Positions 50,901 to 62,890 of a DNA stretch of 64,000 nucleotides are shown here, piece by piece. The position numbers and the translations under genes are program-made. The notes below the pieces were generated by a model, which saw only the letters and a program-made list of their open reading frames with translations, searched no databases and was not told where the DNA came from. Each line of letters starts with the position of its first letter. Position 1 is the stretch's first letter. The stretch comes from Lytechinus pictus (taxonomy: Eukaryota), in NCBI RefSeq assembly GCF_037042905.1, contig NC_087251.1:23252001-23316000 (forward strand), read 5' to 3'.

Positions 50901-53900
50901 CATTTTGTAGATTATGTCCCAGACAACCTGTGTGCCAATTTTCAGCGCGGTTGCGTGGCCAACGGCCGGGTTTTTTAAGGGGGGGCCTGGGAGCCCCCCC
51001 CCTCCGGCTATATGAACTCCCAAAATACCCAGGTCTACATGTAGATAGGGTTAATACAGGCTTACATGTGATCTTGATGAAATTTGTGGCAATCTGGCCG
51101 TTTTTTTTAAATTTATTTATTCAAATCACTTTAGAAGGGCAATCTTGGGCTCTAAATTAAAAAACGATGAGAGAAGCGTAGCAGAATCGTAGAGAAAGAG
51201 AGAGTATGTGAGAGGGAGAAAGAGAGAAGGAGAAAACATCATGTTGTCCCTGTAAACAAAAATAAATTAATTTGAGTTTATTTTGAAGATTCAAAGCATG
51301 TATCATTCATTCTCTTACTATACTGGTAGGTGTATAACTGTATTAAAGATGGATGAATGCTACATGGTGAGAGAAATCAGAAACTTGCCTTAGGTTACTT
51401 ATGCATTTTATTTCTTTATGTTTTTCGATATTTTGGGTTAAAATGATAATTAATTGTGCCAATTTTTAGTGTATGATAAAAACAACATGATGATGTTAGT
51501 CATGTTACCAAGTTTCAAGAGCTAATAAAAGGAGAATGAATGTATAACTGTATATGAAGTGAAATCTTATGATTATTTCTTTGCAAGTAATCGTTTTTTT
51601 TTTGGTTATTTTTCAAGATGGAAGCAGCACAATCTTTTCCATTCACTGCTTTAGGATATATATTCTTTTTTTCATGAGTACATGTAGGTCTACAGTATGA
51701 GGTGCTTTTCATTATTAGCATTGTGATACAACATTAAAATGATACCTAACTGAAAGCAATTATTGTAGTTCACATTCCATGATTTGTGACCTCCAATTCC
51801 CTAGGAAGTCCTCTCCCATTTCAGATATTTGCTACCTTCTTTGATATTCAACCCAAACTACTCTTGTTGAAGATTGTAAACTTAAAACCTGTGAACTCCC
51901 AGAGAGTGTCAATTGGTGTTTTGTTATGAATCCATTTGAGGATCATTCACATACTATCGATTCCAACCACTGACCTGCTATTGAATTTGATCCCTCAACA
52001 AAGTAAATAGTATCGTCTGAATATGATGACAAATTGTTCTAGATAGCCCTCTTCAGATGGCTGTATAATGTAAGTCTACATGTAGTCTTTGGGTAGAAGT
52101 ACAGTTAAAAAGAATAAGGTCATCAGGAAAAGGGTCTTAAATACAAATCAGAAATATTAATTGTTTGTGGGGAACTTGAATGGAAATGTACAGATTATAG
52201 GAAATTTGAAAAATAACAGCACACCAGAGAGGGGATGGAAATGATGGAGTATATTTTTAAAAAAGAAGCAAAGTCATGAGGAAGTTTAATGACAAACCTA
52301 TCAATAGACCTACCAAGCGCTAACTCTGTTCAGTTTTCGTATTTATAACCAAATAACCATTCAATATGACATCTTACATATCTAATGTGAGATATATAAA
52401 GTGATATCGAGAGAAACAGTAAAGGAGACAATCAAATCCCCCCCCCCCTCAGAAAAAAAAAGGGGGGGAAACCTGGCTAAAAATTGAATTATCTCTTTTT
52501 CATTTGCGTACGATTCATATTTCATGCCCTATTTTGTCCAGGGTTTGTTAGTGACTGTGATGTGCTCTTTATACAGGCGAAAACATGTAAGGGGAAGGGA
52601 AAAAGCTATGTGTATCGGTGGAGGTCTTTGAGACGTGCAGTGCGGAGGTGGTTGTGGAGTCAATGAGACCCGAAGGTTAGGGTATTTGACTTATGTTTCA
52701 AGTCCCCATAGACTCAGCATTCTCTTCCCACTTTCTCTTATTTTCACAGAGCATCAGCAGTTGATCATGGGTCTGAAACGAGAGCACAAGGATGTTTTGG
52801 AGTGCTTGAAAGTAAGTCAGATTTTAACAGCACTTTTCATTCACTTTGAGTTTTAAGAATGTAATTCATTATAAATGGCCAGGTACAGGGTTTATCAAAT
52901 TGGAATACCTTTGTTAGTACCTCCTATCTTAATAATTTTAATTTGATTTCATTTATAAGGAAACGCAAACTGATGTGTGGTCTCTCATTGACTCTTTGTT
53001 ACAAATAGCTAGTCGTAAAATATGCCCTTTGAGATTACTATTAATAATGCAGAGATTGAATTATCTGATAATTTCATTTGCATAGAAACAATAAAATTTT
53101 CTGGGAAGAAAATTATTCAGTTTGCTACTTGTTGATATGATTATTACAGTATGAATGTATTTAGAGGTGAATAAGTGTGTGTTCATTCAAGTGGACCCAT
53201 ATAGAAGACTACATTGCTTATAATGTTGCATTATGGGTTTGGAAGGTGGCCAGATTTGAGGTGGTGCTATATAAGTCTACTTGTCTTATTTGTTTTTCTT
53301 TAAACTTTGACTTGCTCATAAATGTATGTTCCTTGTTTCTGTATTTCTCTCATTCTTTGTATAACCATTCTTGTGGTGGAAATCGGTTTATATAATTTTC
53401 TGCTCACATATGATGTTGGGCCTTGGGAGAATATACAGTGTTTACACACCAAATTTACTCAAGAAAAAAAAGATAGCGTGGCTATACCAGCATGGTATAT
53501 AGATTTATCTGTCTGATCATGAAAACAGATACGAACTAGGGTCAGAACATTGTTCCACCATAAAAGAATCATTCTTTTTATATATTTTATGTTTTATTAC
53601 TTATTTGCCACTTTAAACACATTCAATTTACGTTTATATTTAGTGTCCCTAGAATGAAATATACATCAGGGTTGGGCTTATATAAAACATAACTCTATGG
53701 ATGAGGGCCAGAAAGAACACTGTTTTTAAGTTGAGACATGTATGCTATACAATTAAGAAAAAAAAATGTTTGGAGTTTTTATAAAATGATCTGTATGGGC
53801 TATGGTTTGTTGTCAGATTGATTTTACAATGCATATCAACAATAAGTATGATATGATTTCACCATTATTGAATCATATGTTTACAGTAAGATGTAATTAC

Positions 53901-56900
53901 AGATGAATGTCTTATTTATGTTATTCTGCTGTATCAGTGATTTTATTTTTCTACTATTTGGTATCAGATCCCCTTTTTTCTGCACCTCTTTTATTTCTTT
54001 TGTATGTATTTGTTTGTCAAATAAAACATTTTTAAATGTAGTGTATTTTTGGGAGTTGATTACAAATTTGACAAGGGTAAATGTGATGAATGTATAATGA
54101 TAGGAAAACATTTTTAAAGACTGAATTGAATGACTTTAACTGCTTCATGTATTGTTTTTGTGGTTCTCAATCTTCCTTTTTTTACTTCCAGACTGAGCAT
54201 GAAATGTCAATCTTTGATGTAAGAGGACAACATGCAGCCCTAGTTTGTATGCTAGAAGATCAGTTATGTGATTTGAGAAAAAGAATTAAGGAACTAGAAG
54301 CTGAGCAATACAAATATACTAACAAACAATGTGTGGATGTTGCTGTTGAGACGGATAAGATAGAGATCAATCGGGAAGCCTTGCAGAGGCATATTGATAA
54401 GTTTGAGGAATTCCAACATGAGCAGGGGACGCAGGAGCACTCTCACAAAGCACAGAAGCCGTCAAAACATAAAGGACAGACAGGGTCGAACACTTTATCT
54501 CCTAATGAACTGCATCCATCAGCTGTGGCAGATATACCTCATGGTGCTGTGATCTCGCAGCCTCATCCTCCTCCACCACCTCCATTACCAGGGGCCATGC
54601 CAACCCCTCCACCTCCACCACCACCACCGCCTCTTGCCCTATCAGCACATACTGGTATGCCCCCTCCCCCAGCACCTCCACCATTACCAGGTGCCTTAGG
54701 ACATTCTTCACAACCACCTGCACCACCACCACCACCCTTTGGTGTACCAGGTGTTCCTGGAAAGGCTATGCTTATAACGCAGAAAGTACCAACTAAGCCT
54801 GTGATGGAACCGTCAGTGCCAATGAAACCACTCTACTGGAATAGAATTCAGCTCCACAAACTTGCCAGCCAACGAGGGAACAATATGTAAGCCCAGTTCT
54901 TAATAACAGTAGGCCTAGTCTCAATCAGTTCCTCTTACTTTATAAAAAGTCAGATGAATAAAAAAGATGTTGTTAGTTAGATGGATTGAATAATACTGGC
55001 ATCCTTATTATCTATAATGAGAGTCTGCAAGTGACAAAAGAATAATTGGGCTTACCAGTTACCACAAAGTCTGTTTTGCATGCAATTTTGATTGCCTAAG
55101 GCTTATTAACTGATTTAGTTTAGAATGTTTGATTCCAATTACAAGTCTAGATATTTCATGAAGTTCAATACAAAAATCATTATGACTTCTGACAACAATG
55201 ATTTATTACTCAAAATGACCTTTGATTACAATGATTTATAACTCAATTAGAATGACAATTTTCAGAATTTAAACTTGCTCTTTCTGGTATAGCCATTCAT
55301 TACTCACAATCAGTCATTATCTGTTGTTCACTACAATTTTTTTGTAATTTTATTATATAATAATATTATATTGAGGCAAATAAATCATCAGTGTAGTGAT
55401 GTAATAATGCTATTATTTATGTTTGTATGGATGCAATCATTAGGAAAGAAGCTGTTTGGATGGATATGAAGGAACCAGAGGTCACTCCAGAAGAACTTGA
55501 GGTACTCTTCAGCAAGAAACTAATGAAGAAAAAGAAACCACTGTCTGATAACTACAGCAAGCCTAAGGTCAAACAGGTATAGTTACTGGAAGATTGGATA
55601 ATAATGATATCTATTAATTAGTGTCATGATGAAGCTACGATTTCTAGGGGACTTACATGTAGCTTTGGATACAATGCAGTAATTTTGTGAGAAGACAAAG
55701 TACAACTAATTTTGTAAGAAGACAAACTTTGTGAGAAGACAAAGTAATCACACAATCAATGATATCTTGTAGTAAATTTCTCTTTTCTGTAAAATTTTTA
55801 ATAGAAATCAAATGAAAGTTATAATGTTGAAAAACAAAAGTTGTTTCAAAAAGCAGATTTAGAGTATTTTTATATATTTTTGTTTCATTTATTTTATTTC
55901 ATTTCCCCTCCCCCCCCCCCCCCCCCCGGGGGGGGGGAGGAAGAGAGGAGTACTTCTCCAGCCTCCAAGATGTCCTTGGAAATTTGGAAGTTCATGTTTC
56001 CATTCTGTGATATATAGGAGCACAAAACCTGATTCTTTTACATACATATTTATCATACATTTTTGTGTGTCAGTAAGGGTCATGGACTTTGAAGATGTGT
56101 GATAAAACAATCATGTTTCTTATCTTTCAGTCATTTTGTGATAAATTGTAGATTTGCCCATCAAACACCAGATGGTTTCTGCTCTTCATTGATCTCTCAA
56201 GTTAACAACTTTGTTCTATAGAGTCACGATGAACTTAATGTTTTCTTTACCTGGAGTAAACAATTGGAAATGTGTTAGTCTATGTTACTCCTTTTAAGCA
56301 CACTTGAAATAAGCACAAATATGGTTGCATGCATGTGATTAAATCAAAACTCATGTGCATTAAACACAGGTTTTGTTCACTTGCAAGTATTCAACATGAA
56401 TTTAGCCATATCATTTCGGTGTCATTGGAGAAAAAAATTACTCCCATTTCTCTCCATAATTAGATATTTGTTTTACAATGTGAAATCTTCAGTGCATGTC
56501 TTCAGTAATATGAATGCTGATGCTATCTTTCCTCAACTTTATATGAGATCACCTATGATATGATAGTTTATCCCATCATTTCCATTACTTGCTTATTAAT
56601 ATGTAAGTCTATTTGATGATGTGCAATTCATAATAAATTTATCTATGAAGAAATTGGTTTTATACAGTGCATTTCAGGGGAGCGTTTCATGAAAGGACTC
56701 GTCGGATGTTTTATCCGACAGTTACCATAGTAACAGTACCTCTCAGCCAATCAGAATCAGGGAAAGTTGTCAGAGTGACAACTTGTCGGACGAAAATGTT
56801 GATGAAATGCTCCCCAGACCTGTTAGGACTCTCAATGTGCTTTTGCAATATTTAAATAAGAACAGTGGAAATTAAATTAATATTACGTTTTAAACTTTTT

Positions 56901-59900
56901 GTGCGTTAACCTGTGATCCCCTCCCCCTTGTGTTGCATTATTGTATCAGCTCGCAGTAAACCCTTCTACGTTTTATAATACTCTGTAATTTTAGAGAACT
57001 ATAATTTTATCGGAACATTTTGAAAGGAAATGTTGTGAAGTAGCCTTGTAAAATGTTTTATGGGCTTTCTTGTCATGTATAGATTTTTTTGTAAACAAAT
57101 TTTCGGCATTACTCCTAGATGTGTTTAAGATCGCATGTTCGATCTGTAATGAAAATCAGAAAAAAAATTGGAACCAGTGGGATTCGAACCTGCCATCTAC
57201 TGCTTTCCGGGCAGCGACTTAACCACCAGGCTATTCTGGTTCACGGCTAAATCACAATGAACCGGAATTCAAATACCCTCGATCCTCTTCTTTCTGACTA
57301 ATTAATATGCAAATGCAGTCCGCCGTGGACAATAGATAGTAAATAGAGAGGCTTTAATAGGAGGAAATTATTTTAATTACAGACCGAACATGCGATCTTA
57401 AACACATACATGTAGGAGTAATGCCGAAAAATTTGTTTACAAATCATAATTTCCTCCTATTAAAGCCTCTCTATTTTCTATGTATAGATTTATTGGATTA
57501 CTGAGGTAAAAAACGAAACAAAACATAGATATTAGTTTAATTTTCTTTTTCTTCTTACCTTGCCGAACAAAACTTTGGCCTTGTTATCTTGGTTCTAGTG
57601 TCAGTGGCATGATTTGTTTGAATTCATGCCAAAATCATAATCTTACATAAAATACCCCTTTGAAAAGGAAAATAAAGTAAATCTCTGCCTAGTCAAAGAA
57701 CTCTGACAAAAGCACCTCTTTTTAATAGGTACCTTGCTTCATAACTCCTAACAATGAGCCTGACCATTGTATTGTTTGGGAGAAGGATTTTATTGATTTT
57801 CTCTTCTCTTTTTTTTGTCAATGAACTTCCTGGGTCTGCAGGAGGATGTATTGATTTTGTTTTATAATTTTAAAGAAGGTACAATAACTCTCCCATTTAG
57901 TGGTTTTTAATAGGGAAGTATGTGGTTGTGTAAAAATGTGAATGAAACATGTCTAAGGATGTGTATTGACGTGAACGAAACACACAAACAGTTAAACAAC
58001 ACCAACATTAATCAATCACACATGGTGATAAGGCATGGTGATAAGTATAAGGAATAATCTGAATGAATATTGATTCGTCCAGTTATCTTGAACAGTATTA
58101 GTCAGCTTTTAATCTTTTACTTGAGGTGACAAAAAATTGCAAAGTAAAAACTTTCAATTTGTCATTGGAAACGTTGCGACCTCATAGAATTATAAGTTTA
58201 TGCTATTGCAATTTTCAAAACTGTCTAATACTGCAGTTTATAATGATTGTAAGGGATTTCATGGCACAAGAGGAATTAACATACATGTGTATTTTTTTTT
58301 TTGACAGGTTGCGAAGTTGTTGGACAGCAAACGTTCTCAAGCTGTAGGTATATTCATGTCCAGTCTACATGTTGAGATGAGTGACATCAGACATGCTGTT
58401 CTTAATGTGGATATGTCCATTATTGATCTGGAGAATCTTCAGTCACTATATGAAATGGTAAGGCGAGAGAGTGGACCTAGCGGGATCCACCTTTGTATGA
58501 GGCTAATAAATTTTTTTGGTTGAGTTGATTTGCATTGAAGATAGGGTATCTAGGATTGTGGTCTAAATAGAAGTTTGCTTTGCTTTCATGAATGGACAGA
58601 ATGTTTGAATTTTTCTGAGCAATTTCAGTTTAATCATCATCTGAGCAATGTTTGTTTGTGTTTTGATCAAGTTTTAATTGCTTTATCATTCCAATACATT
58701 TCAAAGAGACTTTTGCAGAAATTTAGATTGAGTGCAACTTAATCAAAATCTAATGGTATTCATTAGGCAAACATAAGTCATAAATGTCTGTTTCTGACTG
58801 ATTAAACATCAAACTTAAAGATTCTTTGTGTTGGCTTTGTTTTAGGCAAGAGATGCTTTTGAATGATGCCTAAAACCAGAAATCCTTCAGCAACTGTATA
58901 AAATCCTGTTTTATTTATATAAATTCATATTCTCATTTTTGAACTAGTTTTATATTAAAAAAAAAGAAAATACAAGCGCAGAGCTGCCAAGTAGTACAGA
59001 TTTTCAGTAATTAGTACTGAAAAATAATGAGAATTCTGCTGGTCACATTCAGCATACTGATTTCAGTTTTACTATGTTGTCCTTTGTAATTTCTTTGAAA
59101 AAAGGCTGATTTCCTCCCCAAAATACTGATTTTCAGCTTTTACAATACTGAACTGTTTTTGTACAGGTTGGCAGCTCTGCAACCATTGATTTCTATTTGT
59201 GGGGTTATTTGTATTACAATCATCTTGTACTTGTTTGCTTTCAGAGACCTCAATCAGATGAGATCAAGATGATTAAAGAACACACAAAGAAAGATGGATC
59301 CAAACCACTTGACAAGCCTGAACAGTAAGCATACTGGAAAACTATTCTGGTATACAGTAAAACCTGCTTCAGTGGTCTCCTGTATATGAAGAGGATACCT
59401 GTCTATAAAGAACACATATTTTGATAACTTTTACAATATTGCCATATATACTAACAGTTTTATGCCACAAGGTCATAGGCCACAGAGGTTATTGTTTATC
59501 TTAATACTATGTTCAGAGAATGTCCATTTGACAAATTGACTGCCAACAGAGTGCACATGTACACTTGTACTATTTAGATGATTATTGGCAAATGTTGCCT
59601 CAAGGGGCATGTTGCCTTCATGCCCAAATAGCCAAGGTCACACAAGAAATTAATTATTTTGTTGGGTAAATTGATGTATTGATGGGATCACTGTTTTTAC
59701 ACAAATCAATATAATTGTAGTATTAATCTGTTTGCTTTAATTTCTTCATAAATTACTGAATAATCAATCATTAATTTCCTTACAATATATTTTTGTTTTC
59801 CATAAGGTTTCTGCTGGAGCTTTCTGAGATCCCAGACTTTGCAAATCGAGTCTTTTGTATCACATTCCAGTCAACATTTGAAGAGAATCTAATGGCTGTA

Positions 59901-61004
59901 AAATCGAGATTAACAATTATCTTGGATATATGTGAGGTGTGTATGATGATAATCTGTATACTTGTTTATTATTTATATTGCAATGTACAAGTATTATGTT
60001 AAAATGTACTCTAGATATTATTTTTTTGAGGTAGCTATTTTACAAGTCCTGTAAAGATATTTTTTATTGTGTTTATTAAACATTTTTCAACTACTTCTAC
60101 ACCAGTGTAACTTTTCTTTAGACGTATTTTGTACCTTACGACACACAGCTCTCCTGTCCAAGCGCCATAAAAGTCTAAATCAGGTATTCTAATGAATTGT
60201 GTTGGATATGTATTGATCTGGATTACATTAATGATAGCAATTTGACCATTTTAAAGGCCACATATTCAAAAGTTTTTTTTTTTCGGGGGGGGGGGGGGTT
60301 CCATCCATTCAACCCCACTAGAGGCAATTAAGTGGGCCCCTGGACTTAATGGTATGAGGTTATGCTCTCTTCAGTTGCTATGCATGTTTATTAGTGGCGC
60401 AGTACAGATTTCTGATATTGGCACTTCAACAAGTCTAATTGAGATCCCTTGGTCTAAAAACTGGAATGGGTCTATCCTAGTAACATTGCAACCACCAATA
60501 AACATGAGAAATGAAAAGCTGGCAATCACAATGGAAAGTTGGCCGTTTCAAACAAATCCAATGTCGGAAATAGCTGGCATTCTCTGATAATTCTAATTGC
60601 ATGGGGGGGGTTGACTGGGTGGCCCTCCCCCATATTTTTGGTGAATGCATCGCGGCTGCTGGGAAATTCAGATTTTCGCTCAGTTGCTTTTTTCTCCTGA
60701 ATCCTTGCGCACATTTTGATACCACATTTGTCCATATCTAGGAAGTGTCATATGCAGATTAGTAAGCATATATTTGTTTACACTAGCTTAGGTAGAATTA
60801 CCAAATTATCCCCAAAATGTGTAAAATATTCTTACAAATATGCCAGATGACATGATGCATTGAATAATTTAGTATAAATTCTGTCCCCTATTGGCATATT
60901 AACATTTTGGTCTCTTGTTTTTGTGATCTAGCATTTAAGAAATGGGTCAAGTGTGAAACAGTTTCTTGCATTGGTACTGGCAGTTGGAAACTTCATGAAT
61001 GGAG
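34205..61004 (+). CDS. FMN2: Formin, FMN/Cappuccino subfamily (FMN1/FMN2 orthologue), 5' partial: join(34205..35975,41360..41556,43072..43234,52750..52811,54192..54886,55444..55576,58308..58457,59245..59324,59807..59936,60932..61004,...)
   Basis: All ten exons have GT-AG boundaries and matching phases; VWPPPK, KYTEAE..LKREHK, FH1 polyproline, FH2 [35 protein letters not shown]; symbol given for the closest vertebrate relative as recalled. Confidence 0.92.
37119..38921. mobile_element. Kolobok-like MITE split by a nested Helentron-type element
   Basis: TTAA|AGGGGAAGATCACCCTGAC ... GTCAGGGTGAACTTCTCT|TTAA. Confidence 0.78.
37247..38757 (+). mobile_element. Helentron-associated non-autonomous element (HINE/DINE-1-like) with internal tandem repeats of about 160 bp
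   Basis: 5' hairpin GCTCATCCGGCCC-TTC-GGGCCGGATGAGC after a T run; 3' subTIR GCCGGATGAGC at 38724-38734, short hairpin ACAT..ATGT and CTAGTT end; repeated CCATCTGGTAGAGC..CACAGAATTTTGAAA units. Confidence 0.8.
41360..41556 (+). CDS. FMN2: Formin coding exon 2 (DEP-like region)
   Basis: [42 protein letters not shown]. Confidence 0.85.
43072..43234 (+). CDS. FMN2: Formin coding exon 3
   Basis: Long pyrimidine tract; [33 protein letters not shown]. Confidence 0.9.
48696..48872. mobile_element. Palindromic MITE (Harbinger-like)
   Basis: GTTTCATAAAG..AGCGACTTTAAGAACGACTGGTGA vs TCACCAGTCGTTCTTAAAGTCGCT..CTTTATGAAAC. Confidence 0.75.
50240..51050. mobile_element. piggyBac-like non-autonomous element, right portion
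   Basis: CpG-rich block within a CpG-poor intron, ending GATAGGG|TTAA; left terminus not found. Confidence 0.45.
52750..52811 (+). CDS. FMN2: Formin coding exon 4 (coiled coil)
   Basis: [40 protein letters not shown]. Confidence 0.9.
54192..54886 (+). CDS. FMN2: Formin coding exon 5 (coiled coil, FH1, start of FH2)
   Basis: [15 protein letters not shown], polyproline PPPPPLPG repeats, [20 protein letters not shown] phase 2. Confidence 0.93.
55444..55576 (+). CDS. FMN2: Formin coding exon 6 (FH2)
   Basis: [43 protein letters not shown]. Confidence 0.9.
56678..56814. mobile_element. Small MITE with 3-bp CAG TSD (Harbinger-like)
   Basis: CAG|GGGAGCGTTTCAT ... ATGAAATGCTCCC|CAG. Confidence 0.78.
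57087..57479 (-). mobile_element. TSD-flanked element with a tRNA-like cassette and interleaved inverted repeats
   Basis: 12-bp direct repeat ATGTATAGATTT at 57075-57086 and 57480-57491; inverted pairs 57091-57156/57369-57440 and 57341-57371/57447-57477. Confidence 0.75.
57170..57242 (-). ncRNA. tRNA-like Pol III cassette (not a canonical tRNA)
   Basis: GAACCAG..TAGCCTGGTGG (A box)..CTGC-CCGGAAA-GCAG..GGTTCGAATCC (B box)..CTGGTTC, followed by a T8 run. Confidence 0.55.
58308..58457 (+). CDS. FMN2: Formin coding exon 7 (FH2)
   Basis: [37 protein letters not shown]. Confidence 0.93.
58979..59179. mobile_element. hAT-like MITE
   Basis: TIR CAGAGCTGCCAA / TTGGCAGCTCTG; ATACTGA subrepeats; no clear TSD. 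Confidence 0.6.
59245..59324 (+). CDS. FMN2: Formin coding exon 8 (FH2)
   Basis: [28 protein letters not shown] phase 2. Confidence 0.92.
59807..59936 (+). CDS. FMN2: Formin coding exon 9 (FH2)
   Basis: [36 protein letters not shown]. Confidence 0.92.
60932..61004 (+). CDS. FMN2: Formin coding exon 10 (FH2); gene continues beyond the window
   Basis: [33 protein letters not shown] phase 1. Confidence 0.93.
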
Positions 61005-62574
61005 GTAAGAGTTCTTTTCAGTTGTTTATTTCTTAAAGATTCAAATTCTTGTAGCTGTAGTCTACTGCTACAGAAAATTAATTCAATTTACATTTTTATT
61101 ATTATTAATAATGTGTTATTATGGTTATTGTCTTTTTAATTTACGTGATATGAGAAATAATCTTTCTTGTCATTACATCATAGCTATGATGGGGATCAGA
61201 TGTTCCCACAGTTGATATATCCCTCATCGTTTTCCCCTTCTTGTACAAGGAATCACTTTTGAATGTGTAGCATTTTAAGGGAAATTTTGATACAAATCAA
61301 TCAACCGAAGAAAACATAATTGTTTAATGTTTTCAATACTTCATCTACTCCTATTACTTCCAAAGTACCACTACCATTTCTCCTTCTAAGTTTACCTCTA
61401 CTTCTTATTGAAGACAGTCTCAACCTTTTGCATGTTGTACAAACCCAGCAGTAGATAATGAGCTATAACTTCTAACCAAGTGACAGAATGGAATATTAGA
61501 TTGAGTATTAGGTAGTTCTATATGAGAAAATAAAGTTGTATGTTATCATGTCCGCTATGTATAGGTTTGTTGTGTTGAAGCGCAGTGTACACAAATGATA
61601 CAATACACCAGGCCTGTAATACACATTTGGGTGTGGAATTCGTTCAGTTAAAATCTGCAGATAAAAAACACTAAAGTGAGACAAGAATAGAGGTCTTTAT
61701 GCAAAACACAAGTCTGTTTTTTTTTTAAACAGGAACAATGGTCCATCCATGCCTTGTCTGCGTGGATATAAATGAAAAATTGGAGCAAGATTGTGAAGTG
61801 ATGAAAATCATGCAGAATAATGATTTTCAGATTCCTCCCCCTCCCTCCATCCAAGAAAAGAAATAATTAGACTTTAATTCATCAACCTTTTTTCGACATG
61901 TTCGGTCAACTGTTGACATGAATTCAATTTGTTGTGTATTATTATTTATTGATTTAATATCAAAATATGTTTATACAGGATTGAATACTTGACAACAACA
62001 TATAAAAGATAGTAACTTATGTTTTACAAATATAATGAATTGAATACATTAAATCAGAAAATCTGTAATACAAATATTATTCAAAATAAAGTATTCAGAT
62101 TTCTGTAGGAAATAACTGAAATGAGAAAAGTAACCGTAAAATAGAAATTAAGTAGTACGATTACCATTGACATAACAAATAATTCCACTGAATTTATGAA
62201 GAAAATTAGTTACATGTAAATGAGAATAGTCGAGCATAAAATACTAGATAGTAATATTGCAGTCAAGTAGAAATTAAGGAATATAATTATCACTGAGTAT
62301 AACATATTGAGTAAATCAGTAGAAAAATCAATAAAATTAGTATCATTGAGCATAAAGTATTGGGAACTTAATTGCTTAAGGTATGAAATATATTATATGA
62401 ATATCAACAAATTATAACATATTGGATAACCCATATCATTAATACAAGTCAGAGAGAAACAAAAATGGATCAAAATGTATCTAATACTAACACTGGAACA
62501 CTGGAACTAACACTTTGCATTCTGGATATATTGGGGTATAGCATTCCATCAGTAAGCACCAAAAATATAAAAGA

Positions 62575-62890
62575 TTAAAAAGTGATAGGTGAACAGTGGA
62601 TATGACTACTAAAGACTATGTTAGAAAATCTAAAAGTTTGTTTAAAAAGTGATAGGTGAACAGTGGATGTGACTACTAAAGACTATGTTAGAAAATCTAA
62701 AAGGTTGTTTAAAAAGTGATAGGTGAACAGTGGATGTGACTACTAAAGACTATGTTAGAAAATCTAAAAGTTTGTTTAAAAAGTGATAGGTGAACAGTGG
62801 ATGTGACTACTAAAGACTATGTTAGAAAATCTAAAAGGTTGTTTAAAAAGTGATAGGTGAACAGTCGGTGTGACTACTAAAGACTATGTT
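62575..62890. repeat. 67-bp minisatellite, about 4.7 copies
   Basis: AGTGATAGGTGAACAGT at 62581, 62648, 62715, 62782, 62849. Confidence 0.95.

Noticed and set aside
62575..62890. CRISPR-like regular repeat
   Set aside because: Units are contiguous with no unique spacers; eukaryotic intron; no cas genes
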